DNA of 64,000 nucleotides, from NCBI RefSeq assembly GCF_018350175.1, contig NC_058368.1, positions 30,692,001-30,756,000 of the forward strand, in the 5' to 3' direction. Below the pieces are notes generated by a model, which saw only the letters and a list, made by a program, of their open reading frames with translations, ran no database searches and was not told the origin of the DNA. This document shows, piece after piece, positions 1-12,119 of this stretch (within the stretch, counting starts at the first letter, position 1; each line of letters starts with the position of its first letter). The stretch comes from Felis catus (Eukaryota). Both the position numbers and the translations under genes were made by a program.

Positions 1-103
1 AAAACAAAAGTCAGTGTGTGTGTGTGTGTGCAGGGTATGTGTTGGAGTCTATGTGGATCCATAGGAATCAATGTTTCCTTGGATTTGTAAACACTTGTGT
101 TTA

Positions 104-136
104 AAGACTATACTTTCAGGGATCATTTCTATAGTT
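104..136 (+). pseudogene. 3'-truncated U3 snoRNA (SNORD3) retro-fragment, first ~33 nt only
   Basis: 104-135 AAGACTATACTTTCAGGGATCATTTCTATAGT matches the 5' end of mammalian U3 as I recall it. Flanked by a 17-bp direct repeat GTAAACACTTG(T/G)GTTTA at 87-103 and 138-154 (1 mismatch). No poly(A). Confidence 0.9.
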
Positions 137-3100
137 GGTAAACACTTGGGTTTAAAAAAGCAGTGGTATTTGAAAACACCAGCATTTCCTTTCTTCTGAG
201 TATTCAGAGTAGGCATATTCACAAAACAATAAAAAAGAATAATTCACCTAATTCTTTTCATACACCATAAAATATAATTCAGAGGGTGAGGATGTATCCA
301 CTTTCTGTCAGCTGTTTAAAAAATATGGCCTGGAGTTATTGTGTGCTCTTTAAGGTCACTTAGACATTATGAAACTCGTAATTAAATTTAAAGTTTGGTT
401 TGCTAGCTTGATGCTTATTCTTAATTGAAAGAGATTAATTACCTTTCAAAGAAAAGTTTTAGAAAAGACTGTTTCAAATTCTACACGTCCATAAATATGG
501 CATGTTTGCTATGGAACAAAGAGCATAATTTGCCACAGATTTTGAGAAATAATACTTAACCTGAACATTTCTTTGATGTTTTAGCTTAATTCTGGCGCAT
601 CAGCCAGGAGAAAAATAGAGTACTCAAGTATCAATTTAACATGGAAGAGAGATGACTTTGTCATTAAAAATCAATCAAAAGTAAACCTTCAAAGTTCAAA
701 AAGGAAAACTATTAAAATGAAAAAATGGCTTTTATAAGTAATTTTACTTTAAAATTTTAATAAACGCATTAAAATAAATATAATTTAATGAAAGAATAAC
801 ACTGATCTGTTGCCATGGAAAAACCTCTTTGATACTATAATGACAAAAAATTTTTAGATTAAAAGAAAATCTTCACGAGCGAGAAGAAAATGATGTATTG
901 TTGAGGAAGAAAAAAAACACAGGAAGGAAGAAACTCGCATCACAGGAATAAGTTACTGTTCACCAGACATCCGAGGGGGCTGCAGGGCCCCACAAGGAGA
1001 GCGAGAATCCTCCCCTAAAACGGACCTTAGTGGAAAGGACTTTTTTCTTCCAGCTCTGGGAAGTGTTCTAACATAGGTTAAGTCTCCAGCTTAGGACTGG
1101 AATGCACAGACAAGGGTCTGTGCCAACTCCTCGGTTTTGTTTAGTAGAACGTCCAAACTAAGCGTGCTTGAAACTCCTGCTCTAGGTAACTGTTCACTTG
1201 AGTGTGACGGGTTCTTTCTCACTAGGCTTTCAACTTCTTTTCTCGTACATGACCTCCTCCGTGTTTGGCCTGATGCATTCGCCTGCCACCAGGAGCCTGA
1301 GGAATGTCACGGCATGAATGCAAAGACAACAGGAGAGAGGCTATTCCACGGACGCCCAAGATGATGACTTTTCAGGTCCCCAGTAAGGCCATAGGCTTGG
1401 GGTTTGGTTTTACCTGAAGGGAAAAGTATTGTCTAAATTTCTCCATTGACTTCTCTAACTTTCTCCAAAGCCTGGATTTCTTAATGGTAGAATTTTCATA
1501 CTTGAGGGAGCGGAGACAACAGCCCAGAGCCCTCTGTCCCAGTTCATCTCGGTATGGAGGTGGAGTGAGGAAGGAGAGCTTGTTTGACCCCTGTTCGGGT
1601 CTTCCACTTTGTGGGAGTCAAGTGACTTATGCCATCTGGCAGGGTGGAGGGGAAAATGTAGACATGAAGGTCTTTGATCTCATTTCCTGTCAGAACACTG
1701 TGGGGAAATCGATGTGGGGGCTAGAGCACCAGCTGTAGGGTGGTTGCCTCAGGTTGGAAGAGGCAGTTCACTGTGGGAAGACAGCCGTGTGCAGGAGGGT
1801 AGGCTCCAGTGTTGGTAAAGTGATTCAAAGGGAGGGTACAGAAGGAAGCCAGGTGGGCTGGCTGATAAGCATGTTGGGGAGATGTGGAGGGAGGGCGGTC
1901 ATTGTAACTGAGTGAAAAGGCTCTGAAGTCAAGAGCTGCCCTGCAGCTCACCTGGGTGAGGAACTACATGTGAATTATTGCTAGACTTTTAGAGCCAGAA
2001 AGAGCCAAGTGGACTTTGTCAGCAAATGACGACTTCCCTTGGAACACTGCTTGAGTCGGTGGGTACTCACTAGGGCACCAGCCAAAGACTCAAGAATATC
2101 TTCGGGGTGTCTACTTACCCCTATTGGCAAATGGCATCACAGAAGATGACCAGAGAGCTAGTGAAGAATATCCAGAGAGAGCCAGGCCCTCCTCATATAG
2201 GCTCCTTTCACCATGTGATCAGATACCATCTCAGCAGAGCTGGGGGATGAAGAAGTAATCGATAAGACAGCATTAATCTTCTTAAAGATGAATTGTCTAA
2301 AGAGTTTGCAGTATTAGATCGGAATACTTTATTTTTTATCTATACTATCCGGTTGAATCTGCTTCTGTGAGGAATGGTCAGACTGGTTACGTAGTAAAAA
2401 AAAATTTAAACACCACATTTTTCTTGCACAAAGGACTATGTGTGAGTAACTCATGACCCCATAACTCAAAAGTATCCAACCTAGTCTATGTGAAATTTAA
2501 GATGTCAGTCATATCAAATATGAAAGAAAACAAAACGTCCTCAAGGGCTTTCCGGGAAGGCCAGTGCAAATGTGTCTGATTCTTTGTGTTCATAATGGTT
2601 CCAGATAGCCAATGAAAGTTGAAAGCAACGATTATAAGTGTGTGCTGGGGCCTGCATTTGGCTTGTGGATGTGTTCTCTTTGGCCTGCACTGTGTTGTAA
2701 AGCCTTGAATGGGTATTTATCAATACAGAGGTTTTAAACAAAAACTAAAATTTCTGGATTTCTTCTGAAAGCATACAGAAATGGTGGCAAATGGCTGGAG
2801 GGGAGGAGAACCTGTCCCTTGTAAGGAAAAAAAATGCCTGTATTTTCTGCAGTCACCACTACTTTTTCTAGGACTTTTTTTTTTTTTTTAATGTCCAGCT
2901 CAGGACACTCATTTGCATTATTTGCCTAGTACCTTATACTCTCTTGAAATTGCGGACCTTGGCTTAAAGCACATGGAGAAAACAAGGGCTCATGGACCAA
3001 CTGGCACCACTGATTTTTATTTCAGATTGTCGTTCTTGTTTCTCAGAAGTATTTCCGAAGGGTGGAATATTTTATTTCACTTATTTGCTCTGAGGTTTGT

Positions 3101-3477
3101 CTAATTAACTCAGCTTCACTTTCCAAGACGTGCCCACTTGAAAGTTATTATACCTTGTAGGGATAGGGTTTGGAATCTGGAGTATATTAATGTAGTGCTG
3201 CTTAGGTTGTAATTCTGTATTTTACAAATGCGGAATTGGCAAATAAGAAAAAGTATGATTTTTGCCATAAAGAAGAAACAATCTTAGAGGAGAACTTATT
3301 TTTGAATCCAAAGAGAAGTTGAATAATCTCAATGTCCAGGGCATAGGGTTGCAGTCCCACCTTGGGAGTGTCTGAAACTAGAAAGGCCAGCACTCCAAGA
3401 ACTAGGTATTTGCCCCCACATCCCAGGTCCTCCATATTTCTTCTTCCCTCTTGTTTGTATCTTTCTGCATGAGGGAT

Positions 3478-3479
<2 letters not shown>

Positions 3480-3508
<29 letters not shown>

Positions 3509-3632
3509 CTTAAGTAGGCTCCCCACCCAGCATGGAGCCCAATGCAGGGCTTGAACTCACAACCCTCAGAGCAAAGCCCTGAGCTGAGATCGAGAGTCAG
3601 ATGCTTAACCAATTGAGCCACCCAGGTATCCC
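3480..3632 (-). mobile_element. CAN-SINE, short form
   Basis: Long poly(T), then ...gagtcagatgcttaaccaattgagccacccaggtatccc, the reverse complement of the tRNA-derived SINEC head. Confidence 0.92.
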
Positions 3633-4542
3633 TGTTGTTGTTTTACAGAATGATTCTTTCCATGTAACTGAAAACCAACCTAGTTGTGTGTTCCTTCATA
3701 GCTTGTGATATTACTAGTTGAGGTGATTTCAGAGGAAGAGCAGTGATTGGCTAAGCTTAGACAACTGTGCAATTTCAAACTGAATGCAGTCAGATTGTGA
3801 GGTCATGGGTAAATATACCAATTCCTTCTAGAGCCATGTGGATGATAGAGAGCTGTGAGTTACCCAGTGAAGGGAAGAATGCTAGGCAGTAAATGCCATG
3901 GAAGTCCACAAAAGTAACCAAAGTGGCAACAGGTTTTAACCAAACAGATCACTAATTGATCGTTGAGGAGTGGGGGCAAAATCTCAATTGGAATGGGCTT
4001 ACCACAAAATGAGAGCAGAAGATTTGGAGTGGGTAGGTTCAGGTGACTGTTAGTGAGTTTTGATGCAAAAGAGGTAAAGAGATAGGATAGTAGATGGTAT
4101 AAAGAGGAATATATTTGTATGCTGAAGGAGATGATTCAGTAGAGAAAAAAACCTGATGTAGAAGAGAGAGAGAATTTTTGGAGCCCTGAACTTTGATAGG
4201 TAAGAAGGGATGGATTCACTCATGAAATGGGATTGTCTTTATATATTTAGAGAGGAGTATAAATAATTGATCTACATATCTAGGATAGATGGCTACCTAC
4301 TGAGCAGTGAGAGTCTATAAAACTTCTTTGATTTCTATTGATTTTCAGTGAAAGACAAAGAGTGAGGACAAGAAATCATTCTTAAGGAGAATAAGAAAGA
4401 GAATGAATGGCTCAGGGAAGTTTGTGGTCATGGATTTAAAACGGTACAAGTTGTGAATTTTCTCCAGCTGTGTTCCATGCATGGGGTAAGGGCCAGAGGA
4501 AGTGGACATTCAGAGTGACCCACAGTACACTAAGAAAAGGAG

Positions 4543-5030
4543 TGTGTCAATTTCCAGGGCCTGCAGTAACAAATGGCCACAAACTGGGTGACTTAAAACA
4601 ACATAAATTTATTTTCTTCTGGTTCTAGAGGTCAGAAGTCTGAAATCAAGATGTCAGCAGAGCTGAACTCTCTCCAAAGGCTCTAGGGGAGAATCTGTTC
4701 GTTGTCTTTTCCAGCTTCTGGTTGCTGTTGGTATTTACTGACTTGCGGCTGCATCACTTCTGCCCCCGTGGGCACATTCTTCCTCCTCTTCTCTCTGACT
4801 CGTGGCCGCATCATTCAAATTTGTCTTCACATCACCTTGTCTTCTGCGTGTCCTTTCAAAGGACCCTTGTCATTGAATTTAGGGCTCATCTGGATAATCG
4901 AGGATGATCTCATCTCAAGATCTTTAACATATCTGCAAAGATAGTTGTCCCCACAAATAAGACAACATTCACAGTTCTTTGGAGTTAGGACATAGATATA
5001 TTATTTTGGGGGCCACCAGTTCAGTCACTC
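4543..5030 (-). mobile_element. MaLR LTR (MLT1C/D-like)
   Basis: Diagnostic segments gtaacaaatggccacaaactgggtgacttaaaacaac...ttctagaggtcagaagtctgaaatcaagatgtcagcag...gatgatctcatctcaagatc. Confidence 0.8.
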
Positions 5031-5945
5031 TGAGGAGCCAAGGAGCTGAGATTGGGTACAGTCACTCACATGATTACATAAACTATGTGAAAAGGAAAAG
5101 AAGACTTCAAGGGGGTGACTAATATGAGAACGATGTTGGGATCAAATGACAGCATTTATGTGAGGTTGATTGGAACCACCATGCAAGAAAAAATGACATC
5201 AATAATTGAGGCAGCAGAGTGACATATATCAAATTGAGACATATGTTCATTAAAGAAAGATAAAATACTGAACACAGCATAAATTAAAGAACTTCCTACT
5301 ATAGAGTAGTAATTTCTCTTCCTACGCTATTTCACTGCAGCTGTCACAAAGACTCCATTTTGCCTGACTGTTACTACAGCAGTATGTCTTAGCAAATGTG
5401 GCCATAGGAATGTGAGAGCTTTAGCCTTCAGGAGCTTAGAGGCCTAAGTTAGATTGGATCTGTGTTTAAAAATACAATTAAAGGCATTCCCACCTGTCTC
5501 TCAGTGGTTTCTCTCCTTGAGCTTGTACTCTAGGCAGGTGCTGCCTCAGGAGAGTGTTTTCCCAGCTCCTTTGTATTTTTTCCCCTCTACAGTCCTGCTG
5601 CACAACTCGTCTGCATCCTCTCCATGGTCTTTAATAACTACATGAAGACTTTTTTTTTTTTTAATTACAACTCTTTCTTTCTCTCAACTCAGTTTTCCCC
5701 CAAGAAGTTGAGGTCAAATGCCCTTAATCAACTTTCTAAGAAAGAGCTTCCATTTCTGGTTATTCCAACCCTATATATGAAGGGAGTTTGAAATTCATTT
5801 TTTCATTCCAATTCTCATTTAACTGGTCCAAGCCTGGATTTATTCAGCAAACAAATGTTTACTGAGCACTCACTATGTGCTAGCTCTGGGAATACTAACA
5901 CCAAGAAGACTTGACTTCTCACGTCAGCTTACTCACTGTCCAGCG

Positions 5946-6145
5946 CAGGGATCAGCAAACTGTGACCCTCAGTCAAATCTGATACATCCTATTTTTGTAC
6001 AGCCCTTAAGCTAAGAACGTGTCTCACGTTTTTGAGGGGTTGGTTGTAGAAAAAAATGGAATATGTGACAGAGACCATCTGTGACTCACAAAAGCATAAA
6101 ATATTTGCTCTCTGGTCCTTTGCAGAAAAAGTTTGCTGACCCCTA
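5946..6145 (+). mobile_element. MER58C-like non-autonomous hAT-Charlie element
   Basis: Terminal inverted repeats CAGGGATCAGCAAACT / AGTTTGCTGACCCCTA. Internal gacagagacc...aaaatatttgctctctggtcctttgcagaaaaag is typical of MER58. Confidence 0.85.
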
Positions 6146-6329
6146 TTCTACAGGGAAAATATGTGGGGATGATAATACCAGTCTCACAAAATTGTTGGAA
6201 TTTGTCATGGACGGTGTGCTGTTTTTTGCCTAACCAGCATAAATCTCTCTCTTTCTGAGACGACATTATCTTTCGGTGACAAAGCCTACCTGCTCTCAGA
6301 CTGTGAGCTATGGGTGGGCCTGATTCCAT

Positions 6330-6745
6330 TACCATTTGCTTAGGGCTGGGTACCTTGCCTGGTTAATCTTGCTTTTCATCATCCCTGGTCACGAAAATTA
6401 TTCACATGGCCCAGGTAGGTTCAGTAAGATTCAGTCATGAGACTTTTGCTACAATTACTAGGAAAGAAAAACTCTTTATTTCTCCTGGAATTATTAGATG
6501 AATAATAATGGTGAGCTTTAGCAGTTCAGAGCACTGTTTCTAAGAGATTAACGCTAAGGAATGTGGAGACAAAAATGAATCATAGAACAAGTGCTGAAGA
6601 TACTGATTGAGCCCTGGATTCTGTCATACCTGGAGCTAATTCTTGTTTCTAGAGGCTTCTTGTGTGTGTGTGAGATAATAAAGTTATTTTTTCTTAATTT
6701 AAAATATTTTAAAGTAAGCTTCTGTTAACTGTAACATTAGGTATT
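6330..6745 (+). mobile_element. Old MaLR LTR (MLT1J/K/L-like), degraded
   Basis: Degraded similarity to the MLT1 3' part (gagccctggattctgtcatacctggagcta...gtgagataataaag...gcttctgttaactgtaac). Confidence 0.45.
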
Positions 6746-7395
6746 CCCACTGGTATCAAATTAAATGAGATAATGAATGTTAAATAATTTATACATAATA
6801 AATGTTTAAGAAAGCAATACTCTTCTTTAAAATCAGTACTTAGTATGCTATCAAAAATATAAAATATTTACACTCTGAAGGTATGTTGAAGGTCATCTAA
6901 TCCAATTCCCTTGTTTTGCTGAATTGGAGACTGTAGGGCCCCAGCAAATCTAAAAGAAACTGAAAAATTAGCTTCAGAATGGAAAAACACAGTGCTGTGT
7001 ACTACTTACGAATTGAGATGTATTTAATTTTGTATGGTAACTGTTATGAGTCACATCTGATACATCCGTGGCAGTCAGAGAAGGCTTCCTAAAAGAGATA
7101 GGGCTTAGCTGGACTTGAAGGAAGAATGTCTTTGCTCAGTTAAAAGGGGTGGGGTCAGGTGGCAAGACCTAGAGAAAGGGAGTTTATCCCCCATTGAGGG
7201 AATATGGTCCATAAAGGTCTGAACATGAAAGACAGCACAAAACCTTCTGAGAACTGCAAGGAGTTAAACGCAGGGAGAGGATTGAGTGTGGAGCAGGAGG
7301 GCGGGGGGTGGGTGGGAGGGGGTGCGGGTAACCCAGGGTCAGATCATGACAGTCCTTATGTAAAGAATGTGGGCCATGAGAAGAAATCCAGGTTT

Positions 7396-7505
7396 CTTTC
7401 TTTAAAAACAATGAGTATGGTTGACACAGTGTTCTATTAGTTTGGGGTGTATAACATAGTAATTCAACTTCTGTCTACATTGTGCTATGCCCACCACAGG
7501 TGTAG
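7396..7505 (-). mobile_element. Severely 5'-truncated L1 3' end (~110 bp)
   Basis: ttgacacagtgttctattagtttggggtgtataacatagtaattcaac resembles an antisense L1 3' terminus. TSD AGAAAT(C/T)CAGGTTT at 7382-7395 and 7506-7519. Confidence 0.75.
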
Positions 7506-8315
7506 AGAAATTCAGGTTTTAAATTTATGTTTTAGAAGGAAAATGGTGAGGTAACAATTCGGCCACTGTTCTAATACAGGAGAATAATGTGAAAGATCTA
7601 AGGTGTGATTGATCTGGGGATAGAAGGGCGGGGAAAGGGTAGGAGCCCAGACAGAGATAAGGAACATGGGAGAGGTATTTAGCAGATGAGCTATGGTGGC
7701 CAATTCCACGTAGGAAGAAACCTGGACAGAAGAATTGCTCCAAGAGCTTAGGCTTTTGGCTGCTGTCTAGGATTAGAGAATAAAGGAAGAGAAGCCTGGC
7801 CTGAACTTTGTTTAGTTCATTTTTCTTGTAAGGTGTGGGTGTGGGAGAAACATGATGCGTTCTACTTTTGGTATTTGGAGTTTTAGGTGCTCACAGTCTT
7901 TAAGTGCGGGCTGGAGTCCCAGAGAGAGGTTTGGGCTGGAGATGCAAAGTTTTCAACAATCATCATGTCAATGGAAGTTGAAAACATGCTATGGAATGAG
8001 ATTTTGTAAGGAGAGAGAGTTGCTTCTGTTGATTTATTCCAGATCTTTCTCTTTATAAAATTGAATATAATGAGCAAAATACTTATTTTAAATATAGGCT
8101 ATAACAATGAATTTTGAGCAAGTTTTCACTATAGTTTCTCTCTATATCTGTACACCTGGGAATTCTAAAATTTTTGTAAAGAACTGTAGATATTATAGCA
8201 ATTTTTCTTAGGGACTTTGAATTCTGTAAAATCCACAGCAATGCTATGTTCCTCTTATTGAAGAATGAAGAAATAGCATAGCATTATGGAGAGAGTCCCA
8301 GACTAGAAATCACTA

Positions 8316-8643
8316 CAGGCATACCTCATGCTATTGCGCTTTGCTCTATTCTCCTTTACGGGCACTGTATTCTTTACAAATTGAACTTTTGTGGCAACTG
8401 TGTGTAGAGCAAGTCTACCGGTGCCATTTCCCCCATAGCATTTTCTCACTTTGTGTCTTTGCGTCACATTTTGGTAATTCTCACAATATTTCAGGCTTTT
8501 AAAATTGTATTTGTTATGGTGATCTATGATCTGTGATCTTTGTCGCTATCGTCATTGTTTTCGGGTGCTATGAAATGCACCCATACAGGATGGCAAACTT
8601 AATAAATGTGTGTGTGATGACTGCTTCACTGGCCAGCCATTCC

Positions 8644-8698
<55 letters not shown>

Positions 8699-9298
8699 AT
8701 CCCCTGAGACACAACACTAGTGAAATTAGATCAGTTGATACCCCTACAATGGCCTCTTAAGCGTTCAAATGAAGGGAAGAGCTGTATGTCTCTCACTTGA
8801 AGTCACTCACTTTAGAAGATAGGAATGATTAAGATAGTGAGGAAGCCATGTCAAAAGCTAGCATGATGTAGAAATAGCAAGACAACTGGAATTGGACATG
8901 AAGCCTGAAGATGGGACCGAATTGCTGTGATTTCATGGTCAAACTTCAACCGATGAGGAGCAGCTGCTAATGGAGGAGCAGAGAAAGTGGATTCTTGAGA
9001 TGGAATCTAGTCCTGGTGAAGATGCTGGGAAGATCATTGGAATGATAACAAAAGACAGCGTATTACAGAAACTTGTTTGATAAAGCCGTGGCCGGTTTTG
9101 AAAGGATTGACTCCAGTTTTGAAAGAAGTTCTATTGTGGGTAAAATGCCATCAAACAGCATCACACGCCACAGGGAAATCATTTGTGAAAGGAAGAGTCA
9201 ATGTGGCAAACTTCTCTGTTCTCTTATTTTACGAAATTGTCACAGCCACCCGGCCCTCAGCAGCCACTACTGCAACCAGTCAGCAGCCATCAACATCA
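8316..9298 (+). mobile_element. Tigger1-family (TcMar) DNA transposon, internally deleted and lacking its 3' end
   Basis: TA followed by the CAGGCATACCTC 5' end. Transposase start region (cctacaatggcctc...gaatgattaagatagtgaggaag) jumps at ~8860 to the C-terminal region. ORF 9073-9309 [29 protein letters not shown] resembles the Tigger1/TIGD1-type C-terminus. Confidence 0.92.
8647..8695. repeat. (CT)n microsatellite inside Tigger1
   Basis: Direct reading. Confidence 0.95.
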
Positions 9299-9419
9299 AT
9301 AGTGACTGATGGGTAATTTGTCTTTCTATAATTTCATCCTAGTAACACTCTTGACATTGACATGTGGTAAGCAGATCTGATGAGCTCAGAGTTGGTGCTT
9401 TAAAAGCAAACGAGAGATA

Positions 9420-9644
9420 GGGGTGCCTGGCTGGCTTAGTAGGTGAAAGTTAGGTGTTGGACTCTTGATCTAGGCTCAGGTCATGATCTCAAAGTTAGTG
9501 AGTTCAGGTCCTGCATCAGGCTCTGTGCTTGCAGAGTCTGCTTGGGATTCTTTCTCACTCTTTCTCTCTGTCCCTCCCTTGCTCATACACTCACTCTCTC
9601 ACTTGCTCTCTTTCTCTCCCAAAATAAATAATAAACTTAAAAAA
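9420..9644 (+). mobile_element. CAN-SINE
   Basis: ggggtgcctggctggcttag head, CT-rich body, A tail. TSD AAAAGCAAAC(G/T)AGAGAT at 9402-9418 and 9645-9661. Confidence 0.93.
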
Positions 9645-10397
9645 AAAAGCAAACTAGAGATTGGTAGAAATTACTAACAATTTTAGACCAAAATATAAGT
9701 GCAGTTTGTGCTGGTGTATCATTTTAATACTTAATGTTGAATTGCCTTTATTGAAGTTCTCAGCTAAGGGAGTCAGTGTATAGCCTGACAAACCATTGTC
9801 TCTCTTAACTCCATGCTGCCCCGTTGCCAGTGGCTCAACACCCAGTGTTTGATTTTAGGGCTGTTGGGTGAGACAGCTTTGACGTTTAGTGTTACGTGAG
9901 TTCCTTGAAGCCATAACTATAAGTTGTTCAGAATATTGAAAGCAGAATTTTTGTCTTCTGTGGATGGATTTTTAGCCAAAATGTTTAATATTCAACTGTA
10001 AAAAAAAATTCCAGTAACTCCCTAATTGGGTATACAGTGCATATTCATTTACACTAAAGTAATTCAAGTACAAAATGTATTTTCATTGTGAAAAACTGAC
10101 AACATAATGGATAGAAATTGTGTAAGGAAATGAATACATTCTCAAAGAATGATTGACTTTTTAGACGTCACAGAACCTGAAATGTATGAAACATTATAGG
10201 TAAAATGTCATTCACTTTTGCAAGTAGGCAAGCAGATTCCGTTGGAATATTTTACTCAAATACATCTAATCCTGTCCTTAGTAAAGTAAAATAACAGATT
10301 TTACAGAAAGACTTATGTGGAAACTCAAGACAGCTGAGCGTGACTCCTAGATGTCCTATGTAAATTACAAAGCACCTGTTTGTTTCCAGGTCCCGGC

Positions 10398-10583
10398 AGA
10401 ACTGCGGCATTAGTGAATAGAGGCCATATACTGGATGTAATATGTATTGATCTCAGTGAGGCATTTGATGTAGTGTTTAATGAAATCTTATTCCCCAAAT
10501 AATTTAAATTGGCTTGGCTATGAGAGCAATCACATGCGTTGAAAACCGGCTGAACAAAAAGGAACGGAAGGTGGTGTGAAATG
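10398..10583 (+). mobile_element. Ancient CR1/L3-clade LINE reverse-transcriptase remnant
   Basis: Manual translation gives RTAALVNRGHILDVICIDLSEAFDVVFNEILFPK*, then after a frameshift GLAMRAITCVENRLNKKERKVV*N. This resembles CR1 ORF2 (LVDxGxxVDVIYLDFSKAFDxVxHxIL...GL...WIxNWLxxRKQRVVIN). Confidence 0.75.
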
Positions 10584-10940
10584 CCCACCTGTCGGTAGAG
10601 AGAACTACAGTTTCGCCAGCTTTTCTGTTACGCCTGCAAAAGAAACAGAACGGAGGAACACGTCTTGGAAAACCTTTCAGAAATAAAGTGTATGTTTGGT
10701 AGATCTTTTTTCTTACCAGGATAAATTGAAAATCATACAATGCTCTAATCTGATGTATTTTTTTTTTCCTATTAACATTTATAAGAGCCTTTGCCTGTGC
10801 TTTAAATCGGAATGGAAGGAGGACCAGCATAAAGAAAGGGATCTTTTGTTCACATTTTGAGATACTGAAGACATTGTTTGTGTTTACCTTTTGGCATTTA
10901 TAAAAATCTGGCTTGTATTAGCATTGTCTTACCTCTGTAC

Positions 10941-11162
10941 TTTTTTTTTTTTTTAAGTTTCTTTATTTTGAGAGAGACAGTGAGCAAGCATGCAGGGAAG
11001 GGACAGGGAGAGAGCAAGAAAGAGCAAGAGAATGAATCCCAGGCAGGCTCCATGCTTTCCACGCAAAAGCCCCACATATGGCTCGAACCCCAAACCATGA
11101 TTTATGACCTGAGCTGAAATCAAGAGTCAGATGCTTAACTGACTGAGCCACACAGGTGCCCC
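10941..11162 (-). mobile_element. CAN-SINE
   Basis: Poly(T), GA-rich segment, ...atgcttaactgactgagccacacaggtgcccc. Confidence 0.93.
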
Positions 11163-11895
11163 ATCTATACTTTCTTTATTCAAAGAAGGTTCTTAGTAAT
11201 TATCCAATGAATTACCACAGCCATTTCCTGCCCTCATTTGTAGCTTTAGGTAATGTTAAATAAAAAAAAGAATATAAAACCTTTACTGAATTATTTTATA
11301 ATCTTAAGCGTGGTTGTAAATGGAAAAATTGGTGGTGCAAAGGAATAAGGAATCTGGTTTAATTTATTATGCAGACGTCTTGTATAGCACTAAAATTTTA
11401 AATGTACAAAGGTAATTTTTTTAATCCTTCAACCCAAGTACATACTATTGTCTTTCTTGATATCCTAGAAGAAAAACTGCTTGAAATAATTTTAAACAAC
11501 ACATGTTCTGGTAATAATATTCATGAGACTGAAATGTAATGTTAATAGAATGAAGGTCTTAACATTTATATAGAATAAGAGAACTACATTTTTGAAATCA
11601 GTGATGAATTATTCATGGTGTTAAATGTATTGTGTTTTCCTAAAATTTTTGCACAGAAGATTCATAGCTTTTGAGCCTATGAGTTTTTATTTCTTTCAAA
11701 TATAGCAGTATTCTGTCCATTTTATAAAGACAATTGGACATAAGATGAGTAAGCTCATAAGGTATTTAGAAGGATGGTAAAATGAGGCCTGAAATTTACA
11801 TATAATCTGTTATTTTCTGATATTGTCAGGAAAGTAATCTTTCAAAAATTAGTAGGTGCGTTTCCTTCAGTGGCCACTTCTTTAACAGTAGTCTG

Positions 11896-12119
11896 TTTTT
11901 ATTTTTCTTAATGTCTATTTTATTATTTTTGAGAGAGAGAGAGAGAGTGTGTGTGTGCAGGAAGGGGAGGTGTGCAGAAAGAGAGACAAAGAATCCCAAG
12001 CAGGCTCCAGGCTCTGAGCGGTCAGCACAGAGCCCGGCGTGGGGCTAGAAGCCACGAACTGTGAGACCGTGACCTGAGCTGAAGTTGGACGCTTAACCGA
12101 CTAAGCTACCCAGGTGCCC
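11896..12119 (-). mobile_element. CAN-SINE (feliform type)
   Basis: caggctccaggctctgagcggtcagcacagagccc...ggacgcttaaccgactaagctacccaggtgccc. Confidence 0.93.

Noticed and set aside
809..822. RFX X-box-like GTTGCCATGGAAAA
   Set aside because: Imperfect second half-site and no supporting context
3202..3621. 139-aa ORF MAQLVKHLTLDLSSG..., and similar MAQSVK... ORFs at 10963-11151 and 21989-22219
   Set aside because: Translations of CAN-SINE heads and poly(A) tails, not genes
9073..9309. ORF resembling a TIGD1-type transposase C-terminus
   Set aside because: Part of a decayed, internally deleted Tigger1 with frameshifts; not a domesticated gene
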